Shown: in pieces, positions 8,690-19,023 of the stretch
Layout of the letters: every line of letters begins with the position of its first letter
Position numbering within the stretch: position 1 is the stretch's first letter
Assembly (NCBI GenBank): GCA_002329365.1
Contig: DCUB01000012.1
Location: 34,245-98,244 of the forward strand
Reading direction: 5' to 3'
DNA length: 64,000 nt
DNA from: Ruminococcaceae bacterium UBA1425
GTDB lineage: Bacteria; Bacillota; Clostridia; Oscillospirales; Acutalibacteraceae
The notes under the pieces: model-generated
What the model saw: only the letters and a program-made list of their open reading frames with translations
The model's database searches: none
What the model was told of the DNA's origin: nothing
Program-made: the position numbers and the translations under genes

Positions 8690-9910
8690 ATGCTTTGTGA
8701 AAGATATGAGTTCCGCGGAAAACGGTTTTGCTTTTCTTTTCCATCCGGAACGCTCGTAATGGGCGTGCTGAACGTAACGCCCGACTCCTTTTCCGACGGC
8801 GGGCAATACCTTCTTCCCGACGACGCCGTCCGGCAGGCCGAAAAAATACAGTCGGAAGGGGCGGACATAATCGATGTCGGCGCCATGTCAACGGCGCCGG
8901 GGCGCGAGGCCGTCGCACCAGACGAGGAAATATCAAGGCTCATGCCTGTGCTTCCCGCTCTTATTAAACGTCTTCATATTCCCGTTTCTGTCGACACGGT
9001 TTACCCCGAAACTGCGCGTTTCGCGTTGCAAAACGGAGCGGCGATAATAAACGACGTCAGCGGCGTTTTCAACCCCGCCACGGCGGCGACCGTCAGTGAA
9101 TTCAACGCGGGCTATATAGTAACCCACGGCGGCAGCTCAAACGTTACGAAAACCGAAAAGCGCGACATAATAAACGAAGTATCCGGCTTTTTTGCGGATA
9201 TCTTAAACGCCGCAAGGCTGTGCGGCCTTGACACGCAAAGTATCTGCCTTGACCCGGGAATAGGCTTCGGAAAAAGCCGCGGGGAGGACGCGCTGCTCCT
9301 TCGCCGCCTTTCAGACGTAAAGCCGAGCGGAACGGCGCTGCTTGTCGGCGCTTCGAGAAAACGCGTCATAGGGGAGCTAAGCGGCGAGAGCGACCCGTCA
9401 AAGCGCGACTTCGGCACCGTTGCCGCGCACACGGCGGCAATAGCGGGCGGCGCCGATATCATAAGGGCGCACAATGTGCCGGCAGCCGTTCAGGGCGCGA
9501 GGGTTGCCGACGCGCTTTACCGCCGCGGGCAGGCTGCATTCACAGGCAGGGATAAAATATTGATAAAGGGGCTTAACGTATTCGCTTTTCACGGCGTAAA
9601 TCTCGAGGAAAAGCAGGACGGTCAGAACTTTTTGCTCGATATCGAGGCTCTCGCCGACTTATCCGTTCCCTGCGCGACGGACAGTGTCGACGATACCATA
9701 AGCTACTCACGGATTATTAAAAGCGCTGTAAGGATATTCACGGCGCAAAAATACGACCTCATAGAGCGCGCCGCTTCGGCGCTCGCCGACGGTCTCCTCT
9801 GTGAATATCCGCGCATTGACAGCATTAAAATAACGGTAAAAAAACCCGACGCTCCCGTAAAGTCCGTTTTTGATTTCGTCGGCACGGAAATTACAAGAGC
9901 GCGAAGATAA
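8690..9910 (+). CDS. folP: Bifunctional dihydropteroate synthase / dihydroneopterin aldolase (FolP-FolB fusion)
   Basis: DHPS motif GVLNVTPDSFSDGG and DPGIGFGK. From about nt 9551 there is a FolB-like domain (ILIKGLNVFAFHGVNLEEKQDGQNF). Confidence 0.85.
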   Translation: MLCERYEFRGKRFCFSFPSGTLVMGVLNVTPDSFSDGGQYLLPDDAVRQAEKIQSEGADIIDVGAMSTAPGREAVAPDEEISRLMPVLPALIKRLHIPVSVDTVYPETARFALQNGAAIINDVSGVFNPATAATVSEFNAGYIVTHGGSSNVTKTEKRDIINEVSGFFADILNAARLCGLDTQSICLDPGIGFGKSRGEDALLLRRLSDVKPSGTALLVGASRKRVIGELSGESDPSKRDFGTVAAHTAAIAGGADIIRAHNVPAAVQGARVADALYRRGQAAFTGRDKILIKGLNVFAFHGVNLEEKQDGQNFLLDIEALADLSVPCATDSVDDTISYSRIIKSAVRIFTAQKYDLIERAASALADGLLCEYPRIDSIKITVKKPDAPVKSVFDFVGTEITRARR

Positions 9911-9948
9911 AAAGTAAGAAGTCATCGGAAATAATATTTCCCGAAAGG

Positions 9949-10494
9949 ATGATGAAACAGCTAATGAGCAGAGCGGTTATCGGTATGGGTTCAAATCTCG
10001 GAGATAAGTTCGGTAATATCAAGCAGGGGCTCAAGGCTATATCGCTTCTCCCTGCGACAAGGCTCATTAAAGCCTCAAAAATTTACGAAACCGACCCCGT
10101 CGGCTACTCCGAGCAGCCGGTGTTTTACAACGCCGTGCTGCTTGTCGAAACCGAGCTTTCGCCCAACGCGCTGCTCGGCGCGTGTCTTGGGATAGAGGCG
10201 GGCTTAGGGAGGATTCGCACCGTTCCCGACGGTCCGAGATTACTCGACCTCGATCTGCTGCTTTATGAGAGCATTAAGACCGAGAGCTTCGAGCTTACGC
10301 TTCCGCACCCCAAAATGATGAAAAGGGCGTTTGTGCTTGTCCCGCTTAACGATATTTTTCCTTCCGGCAGGGCGATGGGGCATTACTTTTTACAGGCATT
10401 GAGAGAGATGGACACAAGCGGCGTCCGCGAAACACTTTTCACGCTCAACAACGAATGGATGGCGCAGGTCGAAAGCTTCGGCGGAGATTTATAA
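9949..10494 (+). CDS. folK: 2-amino-4-hydroxy-6-hydroxymethyldihydropteridine diphosphokinase
   Basis: GMGSNLGD, ETDPVGY, LDLDLL and PHP motifs. Confidence 0.85.
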   Translation: MMKQLMSRAVIGMGSNLGDKFGNIKQGLKAISLLPATRLIKASKIYETDPVGYSEQPVFYNAVLLVETELSPNALLGACLGIEAGLGRIRTVPDGPRLLDLDLLLYESIKTESFELTLPHPKMMKRAFVLVPLNDIFPSGRAMGHYFLQALREMDTSGVRETLFTLNNEWMAQVESFGGDL

Positions 10495-10510
10495 TACAAC
10501 ATTTTTTCTC

Positions 10511-10590
10511 CGTAGGGGCGACCGCAAGTGTCGCCCGACGTCCCACATGCAAAACAAACCATGGGCGACCGCAAGGGTCGCCCCTACAAC
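10511..10590. repeat. Inverted pair of GTAGGGGCGAC-type hairpin units (subfamily of family A)
   Basis: CGTAGGGGCGACCGCAAGTGTCGCCCGACG (10511-10540) and ATGGGCGACCGCAAGGGTCGCCCCTACAAC (10561-10590). Confidence 0.85.
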
Positions 10591-10668
10591 TGTATCTTTA
10601 TCTAATGAAAAACAACCTAAATAATACCTTATTTAATGCAACTACATAAATTTTTAGCGTTGTTACTA

Positions 10669-10697
10669 TTGCAACAGCAGACATTATTTGTTATTAT
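10669..10697 (+). promoter_or_regulatory. Sigma-A type promoter (TTGCAA, 17 nt spacer, TATTAT)
   Basis: Hexamers about 40 nt upstream of the 10737 start. Confidence 0.5.
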
Positions 10698-10736
10698 ATT
10701 GTCATGTTAATAAATTTATAGCAGGAGGAAGCTTAA

Positions 10737-11582
10737 ATGTATAATTTTCCTATTGGCGTAATAGTCGACAGCTTTCAGGTCGAGATACCCGAGGCTGTAA
10801 AAAAGGCCGCTTCAATAGGAGCGCAGGGAATTCAGGTTTACTCAACATACGGTGATATGGCGCCCGAAAACCTCACCGGCTCAAAGAGGAGCGAGTTTTT
10901 AAAGCTTGTCAAGGACAACGGGCTTGTGATTTCCGCTCTCTGCGGAGACCTCGGCGGAGGCGGCTTCACGCACCCCGAAAAGAACCCGGAAAAAATCGAG
11001 CGTTCAAAGCGCATACTCGACCTCGCTCTTGAGCTTGAAACAAACGTGGTCACCACCCATATCGGCGTAGTGCCGTCAGACAGCGGCGCAGAACGGTACA
11101 AGATAATGCAGGAGGCGTGCGCCGAGCTTGCCGGATACGCCGATTCAATAGGCGCGCATTTCGCAATCGAAACAGGTCCCGAAACGTCGCTTGTGTTAAA
11201 GGAATTCCTCGACAGCCTCAACTCGACAGGCGTCGCCGTAAACCTCGACCCCGCAAACCTTGTAATGGTAACGGGCGACGACCCCGCAAAAGCTGTGTTT
11301 AACCTTAAGGATTATATAGTCCACACTCACGCGAAGGACGGCAGGCAGCTGTTCTACAAGGACCCTGAAATAGTTTACGGCATGGTCAAAAGCCACATCG
11401 TGACGGGTCCCTCCTTTGAGGAGGTGCCGCTGGGCGAAGGCTCCGTCAACTGGGACGAATACTTAAAGGCACTGAACGAAATCGGCTACAAGGGCTTCCT
11501 TACCATAGAGCGCGAAGTCGGCGACGACCCCGAGGCGGACATAAGAAAAGCAGTTGTCTTTCTTAAAGAAAAAATGTCATGA
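10737..11582 (+). CDS. Sugar phosphate isomerase/epimerase (xylose isomerase-like TIM barrel)
   Basis: AGGAGG RBS. About 280 aa with AP_endonuc_2-like pattern (HIG..., [23 protein letters not shown]). Confidence 0.8.
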   Translation: MYNFPIGVIVDSFQVEIPEAVKKAASIGAQGIQVYSTYGDMAPENLTGSKRSEFLKLVKDNGLVISALCGDLGGGGFTHPEKNPEKIERSKRILDLALELETNVVTTHIGVVPSDSGAERYKIMQEACAELAGYADSIGAHFAIETGPETSLVLKEFLDSLNSTGVAVNLDPANLVMVTGDDPAKAVFNLKDYIVHTHAKDGRQLFYKDPEIVYGMVKSHIVTGPSFEEVPLGEGSVNWDEYLKALNEIGYKGFLTIEREVGDDPEADIRKAVVFLKEKMS

Positions 11583-12988
11583 TGCAATTTGAAACGGAAG
11601 AAGAAAGTAAGCAGAATCGAAATCAAATAAAAAGGCAAAGCCGTCCGCGGCCGCCCGCCCCGTCAAGCGGGCAGCTTTTAAGGACTTATTATGTTATGTT
11701 CGCGGTATATGCCGCGGCATTCCTTGCTGTTGCCGTCATAACACGCGGAGAGTCGGTCAGAAACGTGCTGTTCTATAACGCGATAAGCGGTGAAGACGAC
11801 TATTTCATGGACTATTTCAACTCCATACGCAACTCCATATTTGAGTTTTCATATAATATCGGAGTCATCTATCCTCCGCTTGTCAACCTGTTTTATTTCT
11901 TTCTTTCAAGGCTGCTTCCCGCAGGCACAACCGACAACATAGATTTTCCGGGCAGATACATTGTGCGGAACGGTCAGCTACCTCTATTGAGCTACGTTCT
12001 TTTTACGGTAGCCGTCGTGCTTTTCACCGTAAAGGTGATTGAAAAATATGTCGCGCGCTCAAGTCTTCCTCGTTCAAAGGCGCTGCTCGCCTACACCATA
12101 GTGTTTTCCTACCCGTCCGTTTACTGCATAGAGCGCGGAAATATAACGATGCTCGCCGCCGTGCTGACGCTCGTTTTCGTTATGTACCGCGATTCCGAAA
12201 AGCGCTATCTGCGCGAGCTTTCCTTTATAGCCCTGGCGGTTGCCGCTTCCATAAAAATATATCCTGCCGTTTTCGGCCTGCTTTTGATATTCGACAAAAA
12301 ATATAAAGACGCCGCACGGCTTGCCGTGTACGGCGCGGTGCTGTTTATTGTTCCCTTTTTCTTTTACGACGGATTTACAAGCATATACCAGTTCGTCAAG
12401 AAAATTCTCGATTTTTCGGACAAAAAAGCCGTTTTTTTCGGAGTGGGGCAGGTGTCGGTCAAAAATATCGCCGCGCTGTTAGGGTTGGTTTTCGATTTTA
12501 CCGGGGACACTGTCCGCCGAGTAGGCGGCACTCTGTTCCCTCTCACGCAGTTTCTGGCTCTCTTTGCCGCCGCAACCGTGCCGTTAAAGTGGCAGAAGGC
12601 CGCCGCTTTAACATATTTCATGATAAACTTTGCCGCCGTTTCACAGGCATATTCCGTGCTGTTCCTCGTTGTGCCTTTTTTGATGCTTTTGTCCGGCGGG
12701 GAGCCTCTGCGAAGAATCGACCGGGTTTATCTTGTTGTTTTTGCTTTGTTTTTTGTCCCCCTGCCGCCGTTTAGCTCGCTTTCCGACCTTTTCGGCGTCG
12801 GAGGGCTCGGCGGGCTGATAACTTATCAGAACCGCGAGGTGTTTAAAAACATCTTCACCCAGCCGAACCAATATCTTTCAATGCTCCTTATGCAGCTGCT
12901 TTTGCTGCTGCTCACAGTCGAGGGAGTCTCCAAAACTATAAAGACACTCAAAAAAAGGGATTCAGCGCCGGTTATTGTCAATATATAA
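11579..12988 (+). CDS. Polytopic integral membrane protein, possibly a GT-C-type glycosyltransferase (DUF2029/GT87-like)
   Basis: About 10-12 hydrophobic helices, YPPL and KIYPA motifs, ATGA overlap with the upstream gene. The family assignment is tentative. Confidence 0.4.
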   Translation: MMQFETEEESKQNRNQIKRQSRPRPPAPSSGQLLRTYYVMFAVYAAAFLAVAVITRGESVRNVLFYNAISGEDDYFMDYFNSIRNSIFEFSYNIGVIYPPLVNLFYFFLSRLLPAGTTDNIDFPGRYIVRNGQLPLLSYVLFTVAVVLFTVKVIEKYVARSSLPRSKALLAYTIVFSYPSVYCIERGNITMLAAVLTLVFVMYRDSEKRYLRELSFIALAVAASIKIYPAVFGLLLIFDKKYKDAARLAVYGAVLFIVPFFFYDGFTSIYQFVKKILDFSDKKAVFFGVGQVSVKNIAALLGLVFDFTGDTVRRVGGTLFPLTQFLALFAAATVPLKWQKAAALTYFMINFAAVSQAYSVLFLVVPFLMLLSGGEPLRRIDRVYLVVFALFFVPLPPFSSLSDLFGVGGLGGLITYQNREVFKNIFTQPNQYLSMLLMQLLLLLLTVEGVSKTIKTLKKRDSAPVIVNI

Positions 12989-13014
12989 TTTTTAGCCGAT
13001 TGGGGATATGTGTT

Positions 13015-13881
13015 ATGAAAACATGCGTCAGCAGCTACAGCTTCAGCCGCTATTTAAGCTCCGGGGCGACAGACCAGTTAGGTCTTATCCGGCTCGTAAA
13101 GGACATGGGCTTTGACGCCATAGAATTTACGGAGTTAAAGTCGCCCGAAGGAGTCGCCGAAAAGGACTACGCCGCAATGCTCCGCGAGGAGAGCGAAAAG
13201 CTTTCGCTGCCCGTCGCGAACTACACCATAGGAGCCGATTTTTTAAACGGCGAAAGCCCCGAAAGGGAAGCGGAAAGGCTGTGCGGCAGGGTGGATATTG
13301 CAAAGATTCTCGGTGCCTCCGGAATGCGCCACGACGCTACGGGCGGCTACAAGGGAGCGGAAAAGCACTACAAAACCTTTGACGACGCGCTGCCCGTACT
13401 TGCCAAAGGCTGCCGCATGGTTACGGAATACGCGAAAACGCAGGGAATCGCCACGATGGTAGAAAACCACGGCTTTTTCTGCCAGGACAGCACGCGCGTC
13501 GAGCGTCTTGTTTCGGCAGTCGGCAGCGACAATTTCGGTCTGCTTGTGGATATAGGCAATTTCCTTTGCGCCGACGACCCGTCGGTTACGGCGGTCGGGC
13601 GGGTAGCGCCGTTCGCAAAGCATGTACACGTCAAGGACTTCCATGTAAAGAGCGGCACCGACGACTACCCCGGCGCGGGCTGGTTTTGCACAAGGGGCGG
13701 AAATTATCTGCGCGGCGCCATACTCGGTCACGGCAACGTGCCTGTAAGGCAGTGCCTTTTCGCCTTAAAGCGCGCCGAATACGACGGCTATGTAAGCATT
13801 GAGTTTGAGGGAATGGAGGACAACCTCCCGGCTATCGAGATAGGGCTTGATAATCTTGTGAGGTTCATTTCCCTGATATGA
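13015..13881 (+). CDS. Sugar phosphate isomerase/epimerase (xylose isomerase-like TIM barrel)
   Basis: ATG at 13015 within ORF 13000-13881. [18 protein letters not shown] and SIEFEG motifs. Confidence 0.8.
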   Translation: MKTCVSSYSFSRYLSSGATDQLGLIRLVKDMGFDAIEFTELKSPEGVAEKDYAAMLREESEKLSLPVANYTIGADFLNGESPEREAERLCGRVDIAKILGASGMRHDATGGYKGAEKHYKTFDDALPVLAKGCRMVTEYAKTQGIATMVENHGFFCQDSTRVERLVSAVGSDNFGLLVDIGNFLCADDPSVTAVGRVAPFAKHVHVKDFHVKSGTDDYPGAGWFCTRGGNYLRGAILGHGNVPVRQCLFALKRAEYDGYVSIEFEGMEDNLPAIEIGLDNLVRFISLI

Positions 13882-14717
13882 GCGACACGTTTATAATAGG
13901 CTGTCACCTGTCATTTTCAAAGGGCTTTTGCGCTATGGGCGCCGATGCCGTTTCGATAGGCGCTACTGCCATACAGTTTTTTACACGCAATCCGCGCGGC
14001 GGCGTCGCAAAGGCAATAGACGCCGACGACGTCGCGGCTTACAACGAGCTCGCGGCGGCAAACGGCATTATAACGCTGCTTGCCCACGCGTCATACACGC
14101 TGAACCTTTGCTCGGGCGACAAAAGAATCAGAAAGTTTGCCGAGGAAACCATGGCGGACGACCTTTTGAGAATGGAGTTAACGCCGCATCAGCTTTATAA
14201 TTTTCATCCGGGCAGCCATGTCGGTCAGGGAATCGAAGCCGGCATAGAGCTTATCTCCGGCGCGCTGAACAGAATCCTGACGCCCGAACAGACCACTACG
14301 GTACTGCTTGAAACTATGTCGGGCAAAGGCTCGGAGATCGGCGGAAAATTCGAGGAGCTGCGCGATATAATCGACAGGACGGAGCAAAACGAAAAGCTCG
14401 GCGTCTGCCTCGACACCTGCCACGTTTATGACGCGGGCTACGACGTCGTCAACGATCTTGACGGCGTGCTCGCGGAGTTCGACAGGGTAATCGGTATAAG
14501 GCGGCTTCGGGCAATTCACATAAACGACAGCAAAAATCCCTTCGGCAGCCACAAGGACAGGCACGAAAAAATAGGCATGGGAAATCTGGGCGTTGAGGCT
14601 CTCGCGAGAATCATAAACCACCCGCTCCTGCGCTCGCTCCCGTTTCTTCTTGAAACGCCGAACGAGCTTCCGGGATACGCCGAGGAAATAGCTTTGCTAA
14701 AAAAGCTGAGAAAATAA
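13878..14717 (+). CDS. nfo: Deoxyribonuclease IV (endonuclease IV)
   Basis: [34 protein letters not shown] and HE.IG motifs. Confidence 0.9.
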   Translation: MSDTFIIGCHLSFSKGFCAMGADAVSIGATAIQFFTRNPRGGVAKAIDADDVAAYNELAAANGIITLLAHASYTLNLCSGDKRIRKFAEETMADDLLRMELTPHQLYNFHPGSHVGQGIEAGIELISGALNRILTPEQTTTVLLETMSGKGSEIGGKFEELRDIIDRTEQNEKLGVCLDTCHVYDAGYDVVNDLDGVLAEFDRVIGIRRLRAIHINDSKNPFGSHKDRHEKIGMGNLGVEALARIINHPLLRSLPFLLETPNELPGYAEEIALLKKLRK

Positions 14718-14737
14718 AAAGGAAGGGGCAATAAACC

Positions 14738-15031
14738 GTGTACGACAGCAAAATAAAAAGTCCCGAGGCCGACCGGCTTTTTGAGGCTATATTAACGCTT
14801 GAAAGCCTGGAGGAATGCTACCGTTTTTTTGAGGACATATGCACTATTCGTGAGATTCACGACATAGCGCAAAGGCTTGAAGTTGCGGCTATGCTCAGAA
14901 ATGGGGAAACCGTCGCCTCCATAGCTGCTAAGACCGGCGCGTCCACAACAACCGTGTCACGCGTAAACCGCTGCCTTCAATACGGCACAAACGGGTACAG
15001 CCTTCTGCTTGACAGGCAGAAGGATAAGTAA
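14738..15031 (+). CDS. YerC/YecD (TrpR-like) family protein
   Basis: 97 aa with a typical YerC sequence (ECYRFFEDICTIREI...AQRLEVA..L....Y..I...TGASTTTVSRVNRCL.YG). GTG start. Confidence 0.85.
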   Translation: MYDSKIKSPEADRLFEAILTLESLEECYRFFEDICTIREIHDIAQRLEVAAMLRNGETVASIAAKTGASTTTVSRVNRCLQYGTNGYSLLLDRQKDK

Positions 15032-15063
15032 CGAATCTGAAATAACAGGACGGATGTCTTGTT

Positions 15064-16092
15064 GTGCGGGGGATTATTTTGTCCGTAATTAAAAATAAAA
15101 AAGCAACTACGGCTGCGGCGTTATGCTTGGCGGTCGTGTTGTTTTTTTGCTCCTGCGGCATATACAAGGGCGACGACGAAAAGAGCGAAAAACAGCTTTT
15201 CGCTATGGACACAGTTATAGAGCTTACCTCCTACGGCAAAAACTCCGAAGCGGCACTTGAAAAAGTCGCCGAAAAAATAAAAGAGCTTGAAAAAGAGCTT
15301 TCGACAACCGAAGAAAACAGCGCGGTAAACAAAATAAACACGGCAAATGGCAAAGCAGTCGCTGTTTCCGGTAACGTGCTTGTTCCCCTTCGCGCTTCGC
15401 TCGACATCTCCGAAAAAAGCGGCGGCGCGCTTGACGTTACTGTTTATCCCGTAGTTAAGGCATGGGGCTTCATCTCCAAGGACTACCGCGTTCCGGAGGA
15501 GATCGAGCTTATGCGCCTGCTTGATAAGGTAAACTACAAAAATATAACCGTCGGCGACACCGGCGTTGTCGTTCCCTCGGGCGTCGAAATAGATCTCGGC
15601 AGCGTTGCAAAGGGTTACGCTTCGCAGGTAGTGTGCGAAATGTTAAAGGAAAGCGGAGTTGAGGGCGCCGTCGTATCACTCGGAGGCAACGTCCAGACGG
15701 TGGGCAGAAAGCCGGACGGCAGCAAGTGGCGCGTCGCCATATGCGACCCCGACAACCCCGACGGCGGAATTACGGGCACACTGACAGTCGGCGAAGCGGC
15801 TGTCGTCACCTCCGGCGGATACCAGCGTTTCTTCGAGCGTGACGGTAAAAAATATCATCACATCATTGACCCGTCCACGGGCAATCCCGCGGACAGCGGT
15901 CTGAAATCTGTCACAATCGTATGCCCCGACGGCACATACGCGGACGGTCTTTCAACAGCGCTGTTCGTCCTCGGACTTGAAAAGGCAATGGATTATCACG
16001 AAAAATACGGAGGCTTTGAAGCGGTTTTTGTCTCCGACGACGGCACCGTAACAGTTACCGACGGGTTGAAGGATTCGTTTGCTCCGTCTTAA
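15064..16092 (+). CDS. apbE: FAD:protein FMN transferase (ApbE family) lipoprotein
   Basis: Signal peptide ending FFCSCG. FAMDT, GGALDVTVYP, DLGSVAKGY and HHIIDPSTG motifs. Confidence 0.85.
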   Translation: MRGIILSVIKNKKATTAAALCLAVVLFFCSCGIYKGDDEKSEKQLFAMDTVIELTSYGKNSEAALEKVAEKIKELEKELSTTEENSAVNKINTANGKAVAVSGNVLVPLRASLDISEKSGGALDVTVYPVVKAWGFISKDYRVPEEIELMRLLDKVNYKNITVGDTGVVVPSGVEIDLGSVAKGYASQVVCEMLKESGVEGAVVSLGGNVQTVGRKPDGSKWRVAICDPDNPDGGITGTLTVGEAAVVTSGGYQRFFERDGKKYHHIIDPSTGNPADSGLKSVTIVCPDGTYADGLSTALFVLGLEKAMDYHEKYGGFEAVFVSDDGTVTVTDGLKDSFAPS

Positions 16093-16096
16093 AAAA

Positions 16097-16136
16097 TGTT
16101 GTCATCCTGAGGCGCGAAGCGCTGAAGGATCTTTCC
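16097..16136. repeat. Family B repeat unit (TGTTGTCATCCTGAGGCGCGAAGCGCTGAAGGATCTTTCC)
   Basis: Shares GTCATCCTGAGG...GAAGGATCTT with 34597-34635 and 58701-58770. Confidence 0.8.
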
Positions 16137-16168
16137 CGGGTTTGGCATTTTTTTCTTAAATAACAGCG

Positions 16169-16201
16169 CCGCGCCGTGAAGGCTTTGTCTTCGCGGCGCG
16201 G
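16169..16201 (-). terminator. GC-rich hairpin between convergent apbE and pnp, possibly a bidirectional terminator
   Basis: CCGCGCCGTGAAG / CTTCGCGGCGCGG (13 bp, 1 mismatch) with a 7 nt loop. T/A-rich flanks on both sides. Confidence 0.55.
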
Positions 16202-16232
16202 TGATTATTGTATAGCAAGACTTGATTAATAA

Positions 16233-18437
16233 CTATCTTTTTCTGCCGTTGCCCTTGTTGTTGTAGCCGCCTCTGCGGTCTCCGTCCCTTCTGGGGGCGC
16301 GCCGCGGAGCATCGGAAATCTCGTTTTCGGGCGTCATTCCCTCAATTTCGATAAGAGCGTCTCTGCGCGAAAGATTAATCCTGCCCTGGTCGTCTATCTC
16401 GATTACCTTTACTATGACCTCGTCGCCGACTGAGACGGCGTCCTCAACCCTTTCGGTGCGCCTGACGTCAAGGCGGCTGATGTGGACAAGCCCCTCCTTG
16501 CCCGGCGCAATTTCCACAAAAGCTCCGAAATCCATAAGCCTTGTTACGACGCCCTTATAAAACGCGCCCGGCTCCGGGTCGTTCGCTATTGTTTCGATTA
16601 TCGTAAGGGCGCGCTGCGCGTCGCCGATATCAAGCGCGCTGATGAATATTGAGCCGTCCTCCTCGACGTCTATCTTGCAGTTGCACTCGGCACATATCTT
16701 CTGGATTACCTTGCCCTGCTTGCCGATGACGTCGCCTATCTTCTCGGGCGAAATCTTTGTTGTGAGCATCTTGGGCGCGTACTTTGAAAGCTCGGCGCGC
16801 GGCTCGGCAATTACCGGCTTCATTATCTCGTCAAGGATGTAAAGCCTTGCCTTGTAGGTCTTTTCAAGCGCTTCCTTAATGATGGCGGGTGTCAGACCGT
16901 GTACCTTTATATCCATCTGAATGGCGGTGATGCCCTTGTGGGTGCCGGCAACCTTGAAGTCCATATCTCCGAAGAAGTCTTCAAGCCCCTGAATGTCGAC
17001 CATTGTCATAAAGCGGTCGCCCTCTGTGATAAGACCGCAGGAAATGCCCGCCACGGGCGCCTTTATAGGCACGCCTGCCGCCATTAGCGAAAGCGTTGAC
17101 GCGCAAACGGCGCCCTGGGATGTGGAGCCGTTTGAGGAAAGCACTTCGGAAACGAGCCTAAGGCAATACGGGAACTCCTCAACCGACGGAATAACGGGAA
17201 GAAGCGCCCTCTCCGCAAGTGCGCCGTGGCCGATTTCGCGCCTGCCCGGCCCTCTTGACGGCTTTGTTTCGCCGACGGAGAACGACGGGAAGTTGTAGTG
17301 GTGCATATAGCGCTTTGTATCCTCGTTGTCGATGCCGTCGAGCATCTGCGCATCTCTCATCGTGCCGAGAGTAGTCACGGTAAGTACCTGCGTCTGTCCT
17401 CTTGTGAACATGCCCGAGCCGTGTACCCTTGAAAGCAGGTCAACTTCGGCGTTGAGCGGACGGATTTCGTCTATTCCCCTGCCGTCAACGCGCTTGCCGT
17501 CGTCAAGCAGCCAGCGGCGCACGACATATTTCTGAACCTTGTAAAGGCACTCGTCGATTTTTATCACTTGCTCCGGATACAATTCGTCGAACTTTGCGTG
17601 TACAGCCTCGTAAACGGGCTTTAAGCGCTCGTCGCGGATCCTCTTGTCGTCGGTGTCGAGAGCCGCGCGGATATCCTCAATTGCGAAATCCTTTATTGCC
17701 TCATACATTTCGGGGTCTGGGTCGTTTGACGGGAAGTCGATTTTTTCCTTGCCGACCTCCGCCTTTATGCCTTCTATAAAGGAAACTATAGCCTGGTTCT
17801 GCTCGTGTCCGAACATGATGGCGTCAAACATGACGTCGTTAGGAACCTCATTGGCGCCCGCCTCTATCATTGCGACAAGCTCGCTCGTCGAAGCTACCGT
17901 AAGCTGAAGGTCGGAAACCTGCCGCTGCTCCTCGGTGGGGTTGATTACAAACTTACCGTCCACAAGACCGACAGAAACGCCGGCAATCGGGCCGTCCCAC
18001 GGTATCTCGGATATTGAAAGGGCTATTGAAACGCCTAACATAGCCGCGATTTCAGGCGAGCAGTCGGAGTCGACGGACATTACTGTCGCGACGACACTTA
18101 CGTCGTTCCTCATATCCTTCGGGAACAGCGGTCGTATAGGGCGGTCGATAACTCTTGAAGCCAGCGTCGCCTTTTCGCTTGCCCTGCCCTCTCTGCGCTG
18201 GAAGGAGCCGGGGATTTTGCCTACCGAATAAAGCTTTTCCTCAAAATCTACCGAAAGAGGGAAAAAGTCGACTCCCTCGCGGGGCTTTGCCGACATTGTA
18301 GCCGTACAGAGAACTTCGGTTTCACCGTAGCGGACAAGGCATGAGCCCCCCGCAAGCTGCGCCATTTTGCCGATTTCAGCCACGAAAGACCTTCCGGCAA
18401 TTTCTGTTTCAAACTTTTTGAAATCCTTGAAAAACAT
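16233..18437 (-). CDS. pnp: Polyribonucleotide nucleotidyltransferase (PNPase)
   Basis: Start taken at MFFKDFKKFE. Two RNase PH domains, KH and S1 domains are recognisable, with an Arg/Gly-rich tail. Confidence 0.95.
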   Translation of the reverse strand: MFFKDFKKFETEIAGRSFVAEIGKMAQLAGGSCLVRYGETEVLCTATMSAKPREGVDFFPLSVDFEEKLYSVGKIPGSFQRREGRASEKATLASRVIDRPIRPLFPKDMRNDVSVVATVMSVDSDCSPEIAAMLGVSIALSISEIPWDGPIAGVSVGLVDGKFVINPTEEQRQVSDLQLTVASTSELVAMIEAGANEVPNDVMFDAIMFGHEQNQAIVSFIEGIKAEVGKEKIDFPSNDPDPEMYEAIKDFAIEDIRAALDTDDKRIRDERLKPVYEAVHAKFDELYPEQVIKIDECLYKVQKYVVRRWLLDDGKRVDGRGIDEIRPLNAEVDLLSRVHGSGMFTRGQTQVLTVTTLGTMRDAQMLDGIDNEDTKRYMHHYNFPSFSVGETKPSRGPGRREIGHGALAERALLPVIPSVEEFPYCLRLVSEVLSSNGSTSQGAVCASTLSLMAAGVPIKAPVAGISCGLITEGDRFMTMVDIQGLEDFFGDMDFKVAGTHKGITAIQMDIKVHGLTPAIIKEALEKTYKARLYILDEIMKPVIAEPRAELSKYAPKMLTTKISPEKIGDVIGKQGKVIQKICAECNCKIDVEEDGSIFISALDIGDAQRALTIIETIANDPEPGAFYKGVVTRLMDFGAFVEIAPGKEGLVHISRLDVRRTERVEDAVSVGDEVIVKVIEIDDQGRINLSRRDALIEIEGMTPENEISDAPRRAPRRDGDRRGGYNNKGNGRKR

Positions 18438-18588
18438 ATTCGAATTCCTTTCACAATATTTACTTTCACATCTATTATTTCCGCAGCCTGCGCATTTTAG
18501 CAATAAATCCGCAGCTTTCCCCGAAACAGGCAAAGCGGTCGATTAACTGCTAAAGCGACAGACCGCCGGATACAGCGAAAACGCATTA

Positions 18589-18614
18589 CAGGGGCGGCTG
18601 CAAAACCGCCCCTG
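18589..18614 (-). terminator. rpsO-pnp intergenic hairpin (terminator/attenuator)
   Basis: CAGGGGCGG, 8 nt loop, CCGCCCCTG, followed on the minus strand by TAATGCGTTTTCG. Confidence 0.6.
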
Positions 18615-18622
18615 TCTGGAAC

Positions 18623-18886
18623 TTATTTACGGATGCCGAGCTTTTCGATAATCGCGCGGTAGCGTTCGATATCGACCTTCTGGAGATAATTAAGGAGGTT
18701 GCGCCTGTGACCGACCATCTTAAACAGTCCTCTGCGCGAATGATGGTCCTTCTTGTTTGCCCTCAGATGCTCGGTGAGGTCTGCGATGCGCTTTGTAAGA
18801 ACAGCAATCTGAACCTCGGGGGAACCCGTGTCGCCCTCATGAAGAGCATATTCCTTCATTATTTGGGTTTTTTCTTCCCGTGTCAT
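18623..18886 (-). CDS. rpsO: 30S ribosomal protein S15
   Basis: Conserved [11 protein letters not shown] and HSRRGL motifs. ATG lies 6 nt after GAGGTG. Confidence 0.95.
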   Translation of the reverse strand: MTREEKTQIMKEYALHEGDTGSPEVQIAVLTKRIADLTEHLRANKKDHHSRRGLFKMVGHRRNLLNYLQKVDIERYRAIIEKLGIRK

Positions 18887-18986
18887 TATTTTCACCTCGT
18901 TTTAATTATTGCCTGAAACCCAGCATGGGGCAGGTGAATGCCGAAAAACGGCTTATTCCCTCAGCCGAGAAACAGGTCTGTATTTT

Positions 18987-19015
18987 AGTATAACACAATT
19001 AAACTTGCTTGTAAA
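18987..19015 (-). promoter_or_regulatory. Sigma-A type promoter for rpsO (TTTACA, 17 nt spacer, TATACT on the minus strand)
   Basis: Read on the reverse complement. It gives an approximately 100 nt leader. Confidence 0.5.
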
Positions 19016-19023
19016 GGCTATTT

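Noticed and set aside
10455-10649. 64-aa ORF (…VGATASVARRPTCKTNHGRPQGSPLQ…) downstream of folK
   Set aside because: It is encoded entirely by the GTAGGGGCGAC hairpin pair, so it is a repeat artefact.
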